The notes under the pieces are model-generated. The model did not search any database and was not told where the DNA came from. It saw only the letters and a list, made by a program, of their open reading frames with translations. A program made the position numbers and the translations under genes. 64,000 nucleotides of DNA from a virus: IMG/VR virus record IMGVR_UViG_2617270889_000001, one strand, 5' to 3'. How positions within the stretch are numbered: position 1 is the first letter of the stretch; every line of letters begins with the position of its first letter. Shown one piece after another: positions 55,179 through 63,755 of this stretch.

Positions 55179-55212
55179 CAGGTTTTTGTATGAAGAAGTA
55201 GAGGCGATCGCT

Positions 55213-55473
55213 ATGAGCGAATATAAATTAGTTATCGAGTTCATCAACGAATCAAAGGATTTTGCATTGGGTTTTGAGTCAGGCAAAGTTTACGAGCAGA
55301 TGAAAAATCAAATTCCTGAGATTGAAGGAGTGTTTGGTTCTGAAAACTTTGAGCAATTTAAACTGATGTCGCAAGCGATGAACTATTCAATTACTCAAAT
55401 AAATAACCTCAATAACTCACAAGAGTTTCCTAATGATTATTTGTTGCTCAAGTTCGTATTTCAACAAGGCTAG
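55213..55473 (+). CDS. Hypothetical protein; start revised to ATG 55213
   Basis: GAGGCGATCGCT-ATG; FALGFESGKVYEQM. Confidence 0.6.
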   Translation: MSEYKLVIEFINESKDFALGFESGKVYEQMKNQIPEIEGVFGSENFEQFKLMSQAMNYSITQINNLNNSQEFPNDYLLLKFVFQQG

Positions 55474-55543
55474 CCAATTATATGCTGAGGGGGATTAGTA
55501 ATTTTGATATACTGCCGACAGGTGTCGCCGGAGGTGTCGCACG

Positions 55544-56038
55544 TTGTCGGAATTAAACAAGCAAGAGGCTTTAAAGTATTTAGGGGTAAGCGATCGCACC
55601 CTGGAGAGATGGGTGAAAAAGTACAAAATCGCTGTGAGGTATGAAAATACTGATAGGGGGCGATCGCCTTTCTTTGACATATCAGAATTAGATAGGGTAA
55701 AGCTTGAGCGCGACCCCACTTATCGCCCTGCAATTTCGACGGGACTAGTGCCAGTTACTGTTACTCAAGAGGAGCGATCGCTTGCTGCAATTGCTGAAAG
55801 CTTAAAAACAATTGCTTGCGCCACCTCAAGCATTACTGCCTATTATCAAGTAGCAGCTATTTTAGCAAAGAAGTCTTTGAGCATAAGAGAAGCTGCGATA
55901 ATGTCAGGTTTATCTATAAACTTTTTGAAATACCATTTAAAAACGGGTAACTTAGTAGGCAAGAAATTAGGTAGGTCTTGGAGAATTTGCCCTCAAAGCT
56001 TTGAGCGTTTTATGGTAGATATTTTTAAAGAGACATGA
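55544..56038 (+). CDS. Tandem excisionase-like (HTH_17/MerR-like) DNA-binding protein
   Basis: LNKQEALKYLGVSDRTLERW and LSIREAAIMSGLS...GKKLGRSWRI. Confidence 0.75.
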   Translation: MSELNKQEALKYLGVSDRTLERWVKKYKIAVRYENTDRGRSPFFDISELDRVKLERDPTYRPAISTGLVPVTVTQEERSLAAIAESLKTIACATSSITAYYQVAAILAKKSLSIREAAIMSGLSINFLKYHLKTGNLVGKKLGRSWRICPQSFERFMVDIFKET

Positions 56039-56328
56039 ATTATTTTTGGTTATTTACATTTAGATTTGCTTGCATATCAATGTTTCGTTTGATAGGCACG
56101 ATTGAAAGCCGATTGCTTGAGCTACGCGAAAAAGAAAATATTGAATATACTTTTAGTTTTGTAGGAGAAAACCTTTACCAGCTTATTCCCTGCCCTAGCA
56201 ATTTTAGAATCCTTGAAAATTTATCTAATGTAGTTTGGACTCGGAAAGAAGGCGATCACTTGCTAATTAAAATGGAAACACTTACAGCGATTGAAGACCT
56301 GGTAATTAGTTTAAATAGCACACACTGA
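56035..56328 (+). CDS. Hypothetical protein
   Basis: ATGA-coupled; AT-rich. Confidence 0.45.
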   Translation: MNYFWLFTFRFACISMFRLIGTIESRLLELREKENIEYTFSFVGENLYQLIPCPSNFRILENLSNVVWTRKEGDHLLIKMETLTAIEDLVISLNSTH

Positions 56329-56555
56329 CGGATTGTATTCTGAGTAGAATTTGCGGTGGCCGTAGCGTTCTTTAAGAGGGGCGATGCTTACGGCGAGCTT
56401 TGCTAACGCTACTCTATCGACTTGCTCCATACGTTCTGGTACGTGTTGGGATGCGTTTCACTATATCAAATAACAGTATGGAAAGCTAAAGGCAGTAAAT
56501 TTTCCATTACCTTTCCTCAAAATACTGGCACGATTCACAAGGGTCACATCCGCCA

Positions 56556-56584
56556 GCAGTCCCGGAGTGCAGCGCTGGGATTGC
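56556..56584. terminator. Hairpin between convergent blocks
   Basis: GCAGTCCC...GGGATTGC. Confidence 0.4.
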
Positions 56585-56595
56585 CACAATGCAAG

Positions 56596-56982
56596 TTATT
56601 CTGAATACAAAAGTTGATATCCCAAGCTTAACCGCCTAACGAATTCTTCAGTATTTCGATTGCCCCAGACTGGATTTTTATGATCGATAAGCCAGTTTTG
56701 GGAATTGTGACAAATCTGTGTGTGGCATCTTTCGCATGTTGGAAACCAGTTGCTTCCTAAATTATTTTTACCGTAACTGGTATGGTGTAACTCATTATAC
56801 TTTCGTCTCAAACAGCAGCAACACAAGGAATCATACTTTTCAAGAAACTGACGAGCGATCGCACACTCTCTACTGTAATTGTTGCCGTAGCGCACCGAGT
56901 AATCTAATTGCGGTTTAGTAGGTACTCGTGCAGTAGTTCTACTTGTTTGCTGCTTGGTGCGTGTCCCATCATTTCTTCCCAT
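56596..56982 (-). CDS. HNH endonuclease-like protein
   Basis: CCCC...ELHHTSY...NWFPTCERCHTQICH. Confidence 0.7.
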   Translation of the reverse strand: MGRNDGTRTKQQTSRTTARVPTKPQLDYSVRYGNNYSRECAIARQFLEKYDSLCCCCLRRKYNELHHTSYGKNNLGSNWFPTCERCHTQICHNSQNWLIDHKNPVWGNRNTEEFVRRLSLGYQLLYSE

Positions 56983-58592
56983 TTTTCTTTGATTAGGTCT
57001 GGTGTCGGCACATTCAAGAGTTGGTCTGCCCAGGCAACTAAATCTTTGTGCCAGTCGGTTTGAATATCCTCTGGAGATGCTAAAGGAATAGTTAGAGGAA
57101 GTTGGTTGATTTGTCGCAGTCCTTTTGGCTTATTGCCCTTTTTCTTAAATTGCTTGTAAGTGTGGTGGGTGGGATGTATGGCCAAGGATTCGGGAACAGC
57201 GCCACTGACAATGCAGCTGTAGGCTAATTCGTCAACGTGTTTCTTTCTGGGGTCATCCTTTTTCCATTGTTTAGCTAACTGTCTTGCAGTGGCATTGAGA
57301 GCTATTAGGAGATAGTTATTCCTCATTTGTGCCGAAATATTTAAATCGTTGGCGTTAGACGACTGGTTTAAGGCAATGAAAATTATTTTGTATTTTCTAC
57401 CTTCTGAACCTAATCGTCTCAGTGCTAGTTCAATAATTTCTTTGTTTGAGAAGCTATCTAGGCAGGCATTAATCTCATCACCAAAGACAATGATTGTCGG
57501 TTCTAAATCTAGCTGCTGTTTATTAAGTTCTCGCCGGGAATCGAGTAGCTCAATCAGTAGAATTAATTGCTGTTCAATTAGCGCGAAATCAGCGATCGCA
57601 TGGATGCCTAGTTCACCCCACAAGACATTGACATTGGCATGAGGGTCAAGAGCTAAAACTTGTGCTGGCTCATCTTTGGTCAACCACCCTGCGACCCAAA
57701 CCGCCACGGAAGTTTTACCACTACCAGAATTACCAGCAACAATAATCCCTACTGCATCATCAACTAAATCCCGCCAGTCGTAGAATTCAAGCTCACCCAC
57801 TTTTCCGGGACATAAAGCTTCGTAATCAATTTCTTCGGTCAACTCCAAAGGAACAGGGACAGCCGATAAAAGCCTATTTGCTTCACTCCTGTGCTTTGCT
57901 TCTTCTGCCTCACATTTAGCTATCTCTGCCTTAAATTTAGCCAACTGTAGCAAACGCTGATACTCAGCTAATTGATTGTGCTTTTCAGCCTGCTCTCGGT
58001 CAAACTCGCGCTCACCTTCACTCTTATCCTTGATGCGAGTAATTTGGTCGTTGCGAGTTACCCGATCCTTTATGTACTCAGTTTCAACAGCGATCTTGTG
58101 TGTAGTGATTTCGCGCTGTTGTTCGTTAAGTTGAATTTCTTGATTTAAATCAGTTTTCAACTGCTCAAAATACGCTACAAACTCTTTTTTGTAGCGTTGC
58201 AATCGCTTTGAGGTCAGCAGTGTGCTACTGGACAATAAAATTAAACTTGCCATTGCCCAATTCTTAGCAATAGGATTTGTAGCCGGAATTGTCCGCAGCC
58301 GCGTTGCTTTGTCAGACAGAATAAAAGTTCCTTGCGGTTGAAAACGCGGATTAGTGGGTACGTAGTTTTCTTGTCTCCAATATCCTTCTGGGATAATATA
58401 CTGCTTGTCTTGAGTGCAATACTTAACAGCGCGATTATTATTTTTTTTGGGCTTAAAGCAGAATTCAATCACATCATATTTAGTGCCAGACATTGAATAG
58501 ACTGACAATCCTAAGCCCGTCAAAGACAGAGCGATCGCCAGCCCAATGCTGAATTGATTCTGTTGTTTGAACAACTTCAACCAATCCATCAA
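56904..58592 (-). CDS. Membrane-anchored FtsK/HerA-superfamily ATPase (TraB/coupling-protein-like)
   Basis: Two N-terminal TM segments, coiled coil, Walker A AGNSGSGKT, Walker B IVFGDE, EGRKY...ALNQS. Confidence 0.8.
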   Translation of the reverse strand: MMDWLKLFKQQNQFSIGLAIALSLTGLGLSVYSMSGTKYDVIEFCFKPKKNNNRAVKYCTQDKQYIIPEGYWRQENYVPTNPRFQPQGTFILSDKATRLRTIPATNPIAKNWAMASLILLSSSTLLTSKRLQRYKKEFVAYFEQLKTDLNQEIQLNEQQREITTHKIAVETEYIKDRVTRNDQITRIKDKSEGEREFDREQAEKHNQLAEYQRLLQLAKFKAEIAKCEAEEAKHRSEANRLLSAVPVPLELTEEIDYEALCPGKVGELEFYDWRDLVDDAVGIIVAGNSGSGKTSVAVWVAGWLTKDEPAQVLALDPHANVNVLWGELGIHAIADFALIEQQLILLIELLDSRRELNKQQLDLEPTIIVFGDEINACLDSFSNKEIIELALRRLGSEGRKYKIIFIALNQSSNANDLNISAQMRNNYLLIALNATARQLAKQWKKDDPRKKHVDELAYSCIVSGAVPESLAIHPTHHTYKQFKKKGNKPKGLRQINQLPLTIPLASPEDIQTDWHKDLVAWADQLLNVPTPDLIKEKWEEMMGHAPSSKQVELLHEYLLNRN

Positions 58593-59161
58593 TATCTCCT
58601 AATCATCTTCCAAAGAACTGGTAATAAGGCCAAACCTAAAGATGCTCCCATCACAATCTGCAATTGCAAGTTGATAGTCAGTCCATCGGTAGGCTGTACT
58701 TTGATTTCGTAGTTTTTTACTTCAACTTCAAAAGCTTGAATTGATTCATTGGCATATTGCATAAGCTGTCTGTATTCCTTAGTGGTATTCCATGAAATAC
58801 CAGCAGAAGCTATTAACTTACTACAGCCAAATACTACTCGTGAAATATCTCGTACTTTGTACTCGTTTGAAAGGTCAATTCCAGCTTCTCCGATGTCAAT
58901 CATGGCGGGAATGGAGCCAAGAGAAAATCCCAACAATCCCGCGCTCATTGCTCCTAAGCCCAAATCAATGGCTAGGAGACATAGAGTTATGTTGGCAGAA
59001 TTCGCAGTCAATGTAAGTAAAAAATTACGAATTAGTGTAAACGTCGCACAAGCAGATAAATAATCTTTCTCTAGACGATCTAAATAATCTTGATATTCAC
59101 GAGGCAGTTGACTTGCTTGGGAGTCCTCCTGCTGGTCTATAACGTCCGTTTCAAGTAACAT
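58589..59161 (-). CDS. Multi-pass membrane protein
   Basis: Hydrophobic hairpin LCLLAIDLGLGAMSAGLLGFSLG and C-terminal TM; overlaps the ATPase start. Confidence 0.7.
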   Translation of the reverse strand: MLLETDVIDQQEDSQASQLPREYQDYLDRLEKDYLSACATFTLIRNFLLTLTANSANITLCLLAIDLGLGAMSAGLLGFSLGSIPAMIDIGEAGIDLSNEYKVRDISRVVFGCSKLIASAGISWNTTKEYRQLMQYANESIQAFEVEVKNYEIKVQPTDGLTINLQLQIVMGASLGLALLPVLWKMIRRY

Positions 59162-59187
59162 TGGTTTATCAAGAAAAAATTTTTACT

Positions 59188-59219
59188 ACCCACTGCAATC
59201 TGACGTGATTGCAGTGGGT
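59188..59219. terminator. Perfect 13-bp stem-loop
   Basis: ACCCACTGCAATC-6nt-GATTGCAGTGGGT. Confidence 0.6.
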
Positions 59220-59223
59220 TTTA

Positions 59224-59877
59224 TTAAATACCTAAAGCGTTTCGTAGTCGCCGGATTATCCCCATTGGGCTTTTTACCTCTGCTTGATAATCGCGTTTGT
59301 GAATTAGAGATAAATCAGCGTTGTCTCCATGCTCTAAAAGATGTTCAGCCACTTTAAGTTCATAGTTTTGGTTTTCCTGCAACTGCTTTAGCTGGATACG
59401 CGAACCTTGTTCAAGCAGGCGAACTCGTCCTTCAACATCTTGGATTACCATGTCAGCAAACAGCTTGGCTCTGTTGTAGTCAATTGCCCAGCTATGCCTT
59501 CCTTTTTCCATCTCAAGTGAGGCTTTGAACTGTTCCCGCAGTTCATCCATATCATCCAAGTATTTGATGTTGGCAAAGCTAGCTTGACGCTGGGCTTTTT
59601 GAATATCCACCTCGGCTTTGCTGCCACTGGCAACAAATTCACCCAAGAATTTATTCCAGTCGCTCTCATTCTTAATTTTCGTTTTTACCGTTTCCGTAAT
59701 TGCAGGCATGAGGGCGGCAGCCATTTTCCCCTCTTGATACATCGACCCCAGTTTTTGAAGCGTGGCTTGATCGCCTGTCAATGCCTTCTGTAATTCCGCC
59801 ACAGATACACCAGCAACCCTTTGTGCTGCCTTACCTGCCTTGGTTCTGGTATTGATACGGGTTTTGATGTGTTTCAT
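59224..59877 (-). CDS. Coiled-coil protein
   Basis: Helical, Q/K/E/A-rich. Confidence 0.7.
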   Translation of the reverse strand: MKHIKTRINTRTKAGKAAQRVAGVSVAELQKALTGDQATLQKLGSMYQEGKMAAALMPAITETVKTKIKNESDWNKFLGEFVASGSKAEVDIQKAQRQASFANIKYLDDMDELREQFKASLEMEKGRHSWAIDYNRAKLFADMVIQDVEGRVRLLEQGSRIQLKQLQENQNYELKVAEHLLEHGDNADLSLIHKRDYQAEVKSPMGIIRRLRNALGI

Positions 59878-60014
59878 AGAAAATTCCTTGAGTTACAAAC
59901 AACACAAGTGGAGTCAGCAACAACAGCAATAGCAAATTGAATTTATGCTGTTGACGATACTCTGCGAAAGTGTCCACCGGGGAGTATCCCCGTGGCGCAT
60001 TTCGCGCTACTTGC

Positions 60015-60575
60015 TCAACTAGGGACTTTGAAGAGGTTGAGAATTTTTGCTTCTGTGGTGCGAAATTTGTCTCTAGCTTCTTCTATGCGACCAGAGAAAG
60101 CTGTAGCCTTGCTATTGAAGTGTTGGTTGGCTTCTTGTAGGCGCGTGACTAGATACTGTTCCACCTCTTGCATCATTTCATCAGTCTGTTGCAAATCTTG
60201 GTCAACTTGGTAATCAACCCAGGCGACGATCGCGGATTTGATGCGATCCTTGAGCGAGGCGCGATCGCTTAATACCCAGTCCATTTTTTGGCTAATCGAC
60301 TGAACTTCTTCAACCGATAAACTCACTTCTAAAGTGGAAGCAACTTGTTGAATTAAAGTTTGTTTTTGGGTATGACTCAATTCATCATTTGTACTTGCTG
60401 GAACTATTTCACTTGAGCCTGACAGTTCATCAACAATCTTAGATATCAAATTCTCTGTAGGTTCAACGTCGGCGTAGTTGCTGACAATAATATGCTTTCT
60501 GATTTGGTCAAGAGTAAATCTTTTACCCCGGTTTTTTAGTCGAGTTTGAATTACTTTAATTTTATTTTGGTTCAT
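60015..60575 (-). CDS. Helical protein with C-terminal coiled coil
   Basis: Coupled to the 60578-60970 ORF. Confidence 0.65.
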   Translation of the reverse strand: MNQNKIKVIQTRLKNRGKRFTLDQIRKHIIVSNYADVEPTENLISKIVDELSGSSEIVPASTNDELSHTQKQTLIQQVASTLEVSLSVEEVQSISQKMDWVLSDRASLKDRIKSAIVAWVDYQVDQDLQQTDEMMQEVEQYLVTRLQEANQHFNSKATAFSGRIEEARDKFRTTEAKILNLFKVPS

Positions 60576-60577
60576 GG

Positions 60578-60970
60578 TTATGCAAATAATTTGTACAAAA
60601 CTTCTCCTAACTCAGCAATAGAATAAGTACCGTCGTTTCGATAACTTATGTCCATGCTTCTAAACGCTCGATAAAACTTATGTTTCGATAAAGACGGACA
60701 CTTTTTGTAGATGTAATCCTTGATAACCGCGCCCTTAACAGAGCCATTTAGATCGGTGGCTGACTCTACCACCAAATTCAATACATGAGATGCGATCGCC
60801 TTCCTTGGTGCGACCCTTTTACACTTAGCGACAAACCGCAAATTATCAATGGTGAGCGGCAACCGAGCATTCACTAACTGATTTTTTAGCTCTTGCCATT
60901 GGTAAGCACGGACTGACTTCCCTAAGCAAGTTTCATAAATTATTCTTGTTCTCTCCTTCTGTAGGGGCAT
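60578..60970 (-). CDS. Basic putative DNA-binding protein
   Basis: RBS AGGAGAG; K/R-rich; SKHKFYRAFRSMDI helix-turn-like segment. Confidence 0.6.
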   Translation of the reverse strand: MPLQKERTRIIYETCLGKSVRAYQWQELKNQLVNARLPLTIDNLRFVAKCKRVAPRKAIASHVLNLVVESATDLNGSVKGAVIKDYIYKKCPSLSKHKFYRAFRSMDISYRNDGTYSIAELGEVLYKLFA

Positions 60971-60990
60971 ATTCTCTCCTTTTTAAAAAC

Positions 60991-61216
60991 TCAGTTGCAA
61001 CTGACATTTAGTGCAACTTCTTATGCTGTAAGCGCTGTGAACAATTACAAGAGATTTAGTCAACACTTAATGCAAGAAAAGTTGCAGTGCGCTGTCAAAT
61101 ACACTTTTTAGCATCCGTGTGGTGCAACGAAGAAATGAAATAATTAATGGTGCGGGTGCTTTGCACGTTATGCAGGCAGATAGTGCAACGACGGATTTAG
61201 AACAGATAATGCAAAG
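60991..61216. repeat. Intergenic cluster of TGCA(AC) motifs with a 14-bp palindrome
   Basis: TCAGTTGCAACTGA (60991-61004); GTGCAAC at 61011, 61122 and 61183; further TGCA cores. Confidence 0.55.
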
Positions 61217-61606
61217 CTAAATTGTAAAATCTGAACAATATTGAGGTAATTCAGGATGAACTGCACAAGGTAAATAATTATTAGCAGAGTAATAGATACA
61301 CCCATTGCAGTGATGTTTTGTTTCTAGTTCAGCAATCATTTGTTCTACTTTTGCTTCTGCTAACTTGTCTGACACTGCTTGAGAAATTGCCGCCACGCTG
61401 ATTGTGCATAAACCGATAATTCCAGCATTACCTCCATAAACCACCATCTTTTCAATAGTTAACTCATGAGGTTTTAAGGCATCAGCAAGCCGTGTAACTA
61501 CTTTGCCTGATAGCCCTAGTATTAAAATCCCAGCGCCTATTGTAGTTACGGTTAATCCCAATCCTCCTAGTGCGGTGGGAATAAGGTTAGATAACTTTTC
61601 ACGCAT
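61217..61606 (-). CDS. Two-TM protein with C-terminal Cys motif; start revised to ATG 61606
   Basis: Two hydrophobic helices; HCNGCIYY...LPCAVHP...CSDF. Confidence 0.65.
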   Translation of the reverse strand: MREKLSNLIPTALGGLGLTVTTIGAGILILGLSGKVVTRLADALKPHELTIEKMVVYGGNAGIIGLCTISVAAISQAVSDKLAEAKVEQMIAELETKHHCNGCIYYSANNYLPCAVHPELPQYCSDFTI

Positions 61607-61970
61607 ACTTTTTACGCCTTGTGCGTTTAGGTTTCGACGGCAGTACAAACCAAATAACTGCCCAAAATATTAAAAGTGATCGCAACAAGAAATTAACCCA
61701 AGGGCGTAACGGAGTTTTCCAAAATATCCACCAATGAATAATCCAGTGTGCAAACTTAGACAATGGAACCGTGTCACGTAATGGCATTTCTTTTTGGAAA
61801 TTACGATAAGTCAAATGATGCACGTTCAGACTCTTTGCCCACGGGAATACGACACAGTGATATTTTGTCAATGCGTGGCATTTCTTACACTTTTCACGCC
61901 ATTCATCTGAATTGATGTAGACATAATACTGAGGCGATGCCTTCGGCAACCCCTTCGGGGAACGGCTCAT
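61599..61970 (-). CDS. HNH-like protein with a hydrophobic C-terminus
   Basis: YINSDEWREK...CVVFPW...VHHLTY...HWIIH. Confidence 0.65.
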   Translation of the reverse strand: MSRSPKGLPKASPQYYVYINSDEWREKCKKCHALTKYHCVVFPWAKSLNVHHLTYRNFQKEMPLRDTVPLSKFAHWIIHWWIFWKTPLRPWVNFLLRSLLIFWAVIWFVLPSKPKRTRRKKYA

Positions 61971-62200
61971 GCTTTTGCCACCTCAGCTAGCGATTGAGTT
62001 AGTACTTTGGCTGCTTGCAATAACTTGTCCGGCTCCTCTGCGCTTGATGCAGCCGTCAACAACAGATCGCTAGCCTCGTGTATTGTTTCAATGAGTTTGT
62101 TGATAATTGCTTTCTGGTTTTTAATCTTGGCGATTAATTCGCTTTGGTTATAGACAGGATTGTTGTTGAACTGGGTTTCTAAGTCTTTGAGCGTGTCCAT
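61967..62200 (-). CDS. Small helical hypothetical protein
   Basis: ATGA-coupled to the next gene. Confidence 0.6.
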   Translation of the reverse strand: MDTLKDLETQFNNNPVYNQSELIAKIKNQKAIINKLIETIHEASDLLLTAASSAEEPDKLLQAAKVLTQSLAEVAKA

Positions 62201-62203
62201 ATT

Positions 62204-62581
62204 TCAAGAATTAAATAAATTCAGTTGTCCAAGGTATTCGCGTTTCAGCATTTTCTTGTGTGCCATTGCTTTCAAATCCATCCGACAGTGACACACGGAA
62301 CATAATGCTTTTAGATTGCAGCGCGTACAATCCTCTGGAATATGGTTCAAGTGAGCGGTCGTCAGTACAAATCGAGTAGGTTTAGCATTAATTTCGTGCA
62401 GTAAGTCACAGGAGTCTGTGCAATGAACTTTTGGCACAACTCGGTCAATGAACTCACTCAGAGTTTCCCCAACTTTCCTGCACTCCCGCCCACACTCTTC
62501 GCATTTCCAGTTGGCTTCGGTTTTGACTTGTAGGGCTATCTCCTGCCAACGGGAGGGATAGCGATCGCGCTGCATCGGCAT
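62204..62581 (-). CDS. HNH endonuclease
   Basis: RYPSRWQEIA...WKCEECG...LTTAHLNH...NLKALCSVCH. Confidence 0.85.
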   Translation of the reverse strand: MPMQRDRYPSRWQEIALQVKTEANWKCEECGRECRKVGETLSEFIDRVVPKVHCTDSCDLLHEINAKPTRFVLTTAHLNHIPEDCTRCNLKALCSVCHCRMDLKAMAHKKMLKREYLGQLNLFNS

Positions 62582-62770
62582 TTAGTCATCCTGCTTTGTT
62601 CTTTTGTGTAAATTTGCAAATGCGGGTGATTCGTGTTCTCTCTCAAGAATTTGCCTAAGTAGCGTGGCCATCGGGATCTTTTTCCACTCAGCCACAGCTT
62701 GAAATTCTTCGTAAGCCTTCTCCGAAAGGGTGATGGTCATCTGAAATCTATCTTTGTCTTTGTCTGCCAT
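62582..62770 (-). CDS. CopG/ribbon-helix-helix regulator (start 62770 or 62803)
   Basis: QMTITLSEKAYEEFQAVAEWKKIPMATLLRQILE. Confidence 0.75.
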   Translation of the reverse strand: MADKDKDRFQMTITLSEKAYEEFQAVAEWKKIPMATLLRQILEREHESPAFANLHKRTKQDD

Positions 62771-62867
62771 TGGCTGTAAACCGTGTAATTCCATCACATT
62801 ATCCATGCATTTGCATCTCCATGCACTCAATAGCTTAAGAATTTTCTAAAACAAAGCATAACACATT

Positions 62868-62894
62868 CATCACAATTGCGTGGTAATTGTGATG
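62868..62894. promoter_or_regulatory. 10-bp-arm inverted repeat upstream of the RHH operon (candidate operator)
   Basis: CATCACAATT-7nt-AATTGTGATG; related half-site CATCACATT at 62792. Confidence 0.55.
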
Positions 62895-63002
62895 GATATG
62901 AGAAGACAGTATGATAAAACAATGGCAGCAATGATTAAACCAAAATTCCAAGTAGGCGATCGCCTTTGCTAACGCCAGCGATCATAAAAAGTGACCTTTC
63001 AG

Positions 63003-63040
63003 GCAAAAGCCCTCCTGAATAACTTTTCAGGAGGGTTTGC
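63003..63040. terminator. Stem-loop downstream of the 63237 gene
   Basis: CCCTCCTGAA-6nt-TTCAGGAGGG. Confidence 0.5.
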
Positions 63041-63236
63041 TGATAAGAGAACTGCTGACTTCGGGGGTATTCAAGGGAAGCAAAGCCACATACATCTGAG
63101 CGATCGCAGATGGTGAGTTAAAAGTTGTTTGGGGCTTCTTCATCACCCCAAACAACCGTAAAACAACGAACTGCCATGAAAGGAGCGATCTCCCTTATTC
63201 AAGAAGGACTAGCAAAATTAATCAAAATTATCTAAC

Positions 63237-63755
63237 CTATAGCGAAGTTGATTGAATTTTCTCAACATCAGCTTGGAGTTTTCCTAGTTCCGAGCGCATA
63301 TTAGCGATCGCCAGTACAATCTCACCCTGCTTGGTAATCACAGCTAGCGCCGCCCCATGCTCTGCTAGCTTGTCTTTGTTTTCAAATATTTGGTCATACA
63401 ATCTGCCAATATCCCCTTTATTAAAATTGCTTTGCTCTTTCAAGGAAGTTAACTGCTGGTGAATCAAGTTTAGTTGTTGATCGTGTACTGAATCGCGCCG
63501 ATCGCTATCCGCCTCAACTTTGCCGATCGCTTCTTCCAATCCTTTACTGACACTAGCGATCGCCCCTTCAATCTTGCTTTCCCTAGAATCTTGAACCTGC
63601 CAAGCTGCGATCGCTAAAGCAGCAATTCCAATATAATTTCCAGTATCGCTGGGTTTAAACGAGAATGGCATCCCATGAAAAAATAGAATGACAATTAACC
63701 CAGCAATCAATATTAATAAAAATTTATTCTTGAATATTAGTTGAAAAAGTCCCAT
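63237..63755 (-). CDS. Two-TM protein with C-terminal coiled coil (possible holin-like or lysis accessory)
   Basis: FLLILIAGLIVILFF and YIGIAALAIAAW followed by heptad repeats. Confidence 0.6.
   Translation of the reverse strand: MGLFQLIFKNKFLLILIAGLIVILFFHGMPFSFKPSDTGNYIGIAALAIAAWQVQDSRESKIEGAIASVSKGLEEAIGKVEADSDRRDSVHDQQLNLIHQQLTSLKEQSNFNKGDIGRLYDQIFENKDKLAEHGAALAVITKQGEIVLAIANMRSELGKLQADVEKIQSTSL

Noticed and set aside
62921-62971. Short ORF MAAMIKPKFQVGDRLC
   Set aside because: It resembles the start of a KOW-type gene but stops after 16 codons; at most a remnant.
62990-63230. tRNA or structured ncRNA in the hairpin-rich intergenic region
   Set aside because: No cloverleaf, T-loop or recognisable family motif; the hairpins are explained as terminators or HIP1 palindromes. 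An Infernal/Rfam search would be needed.
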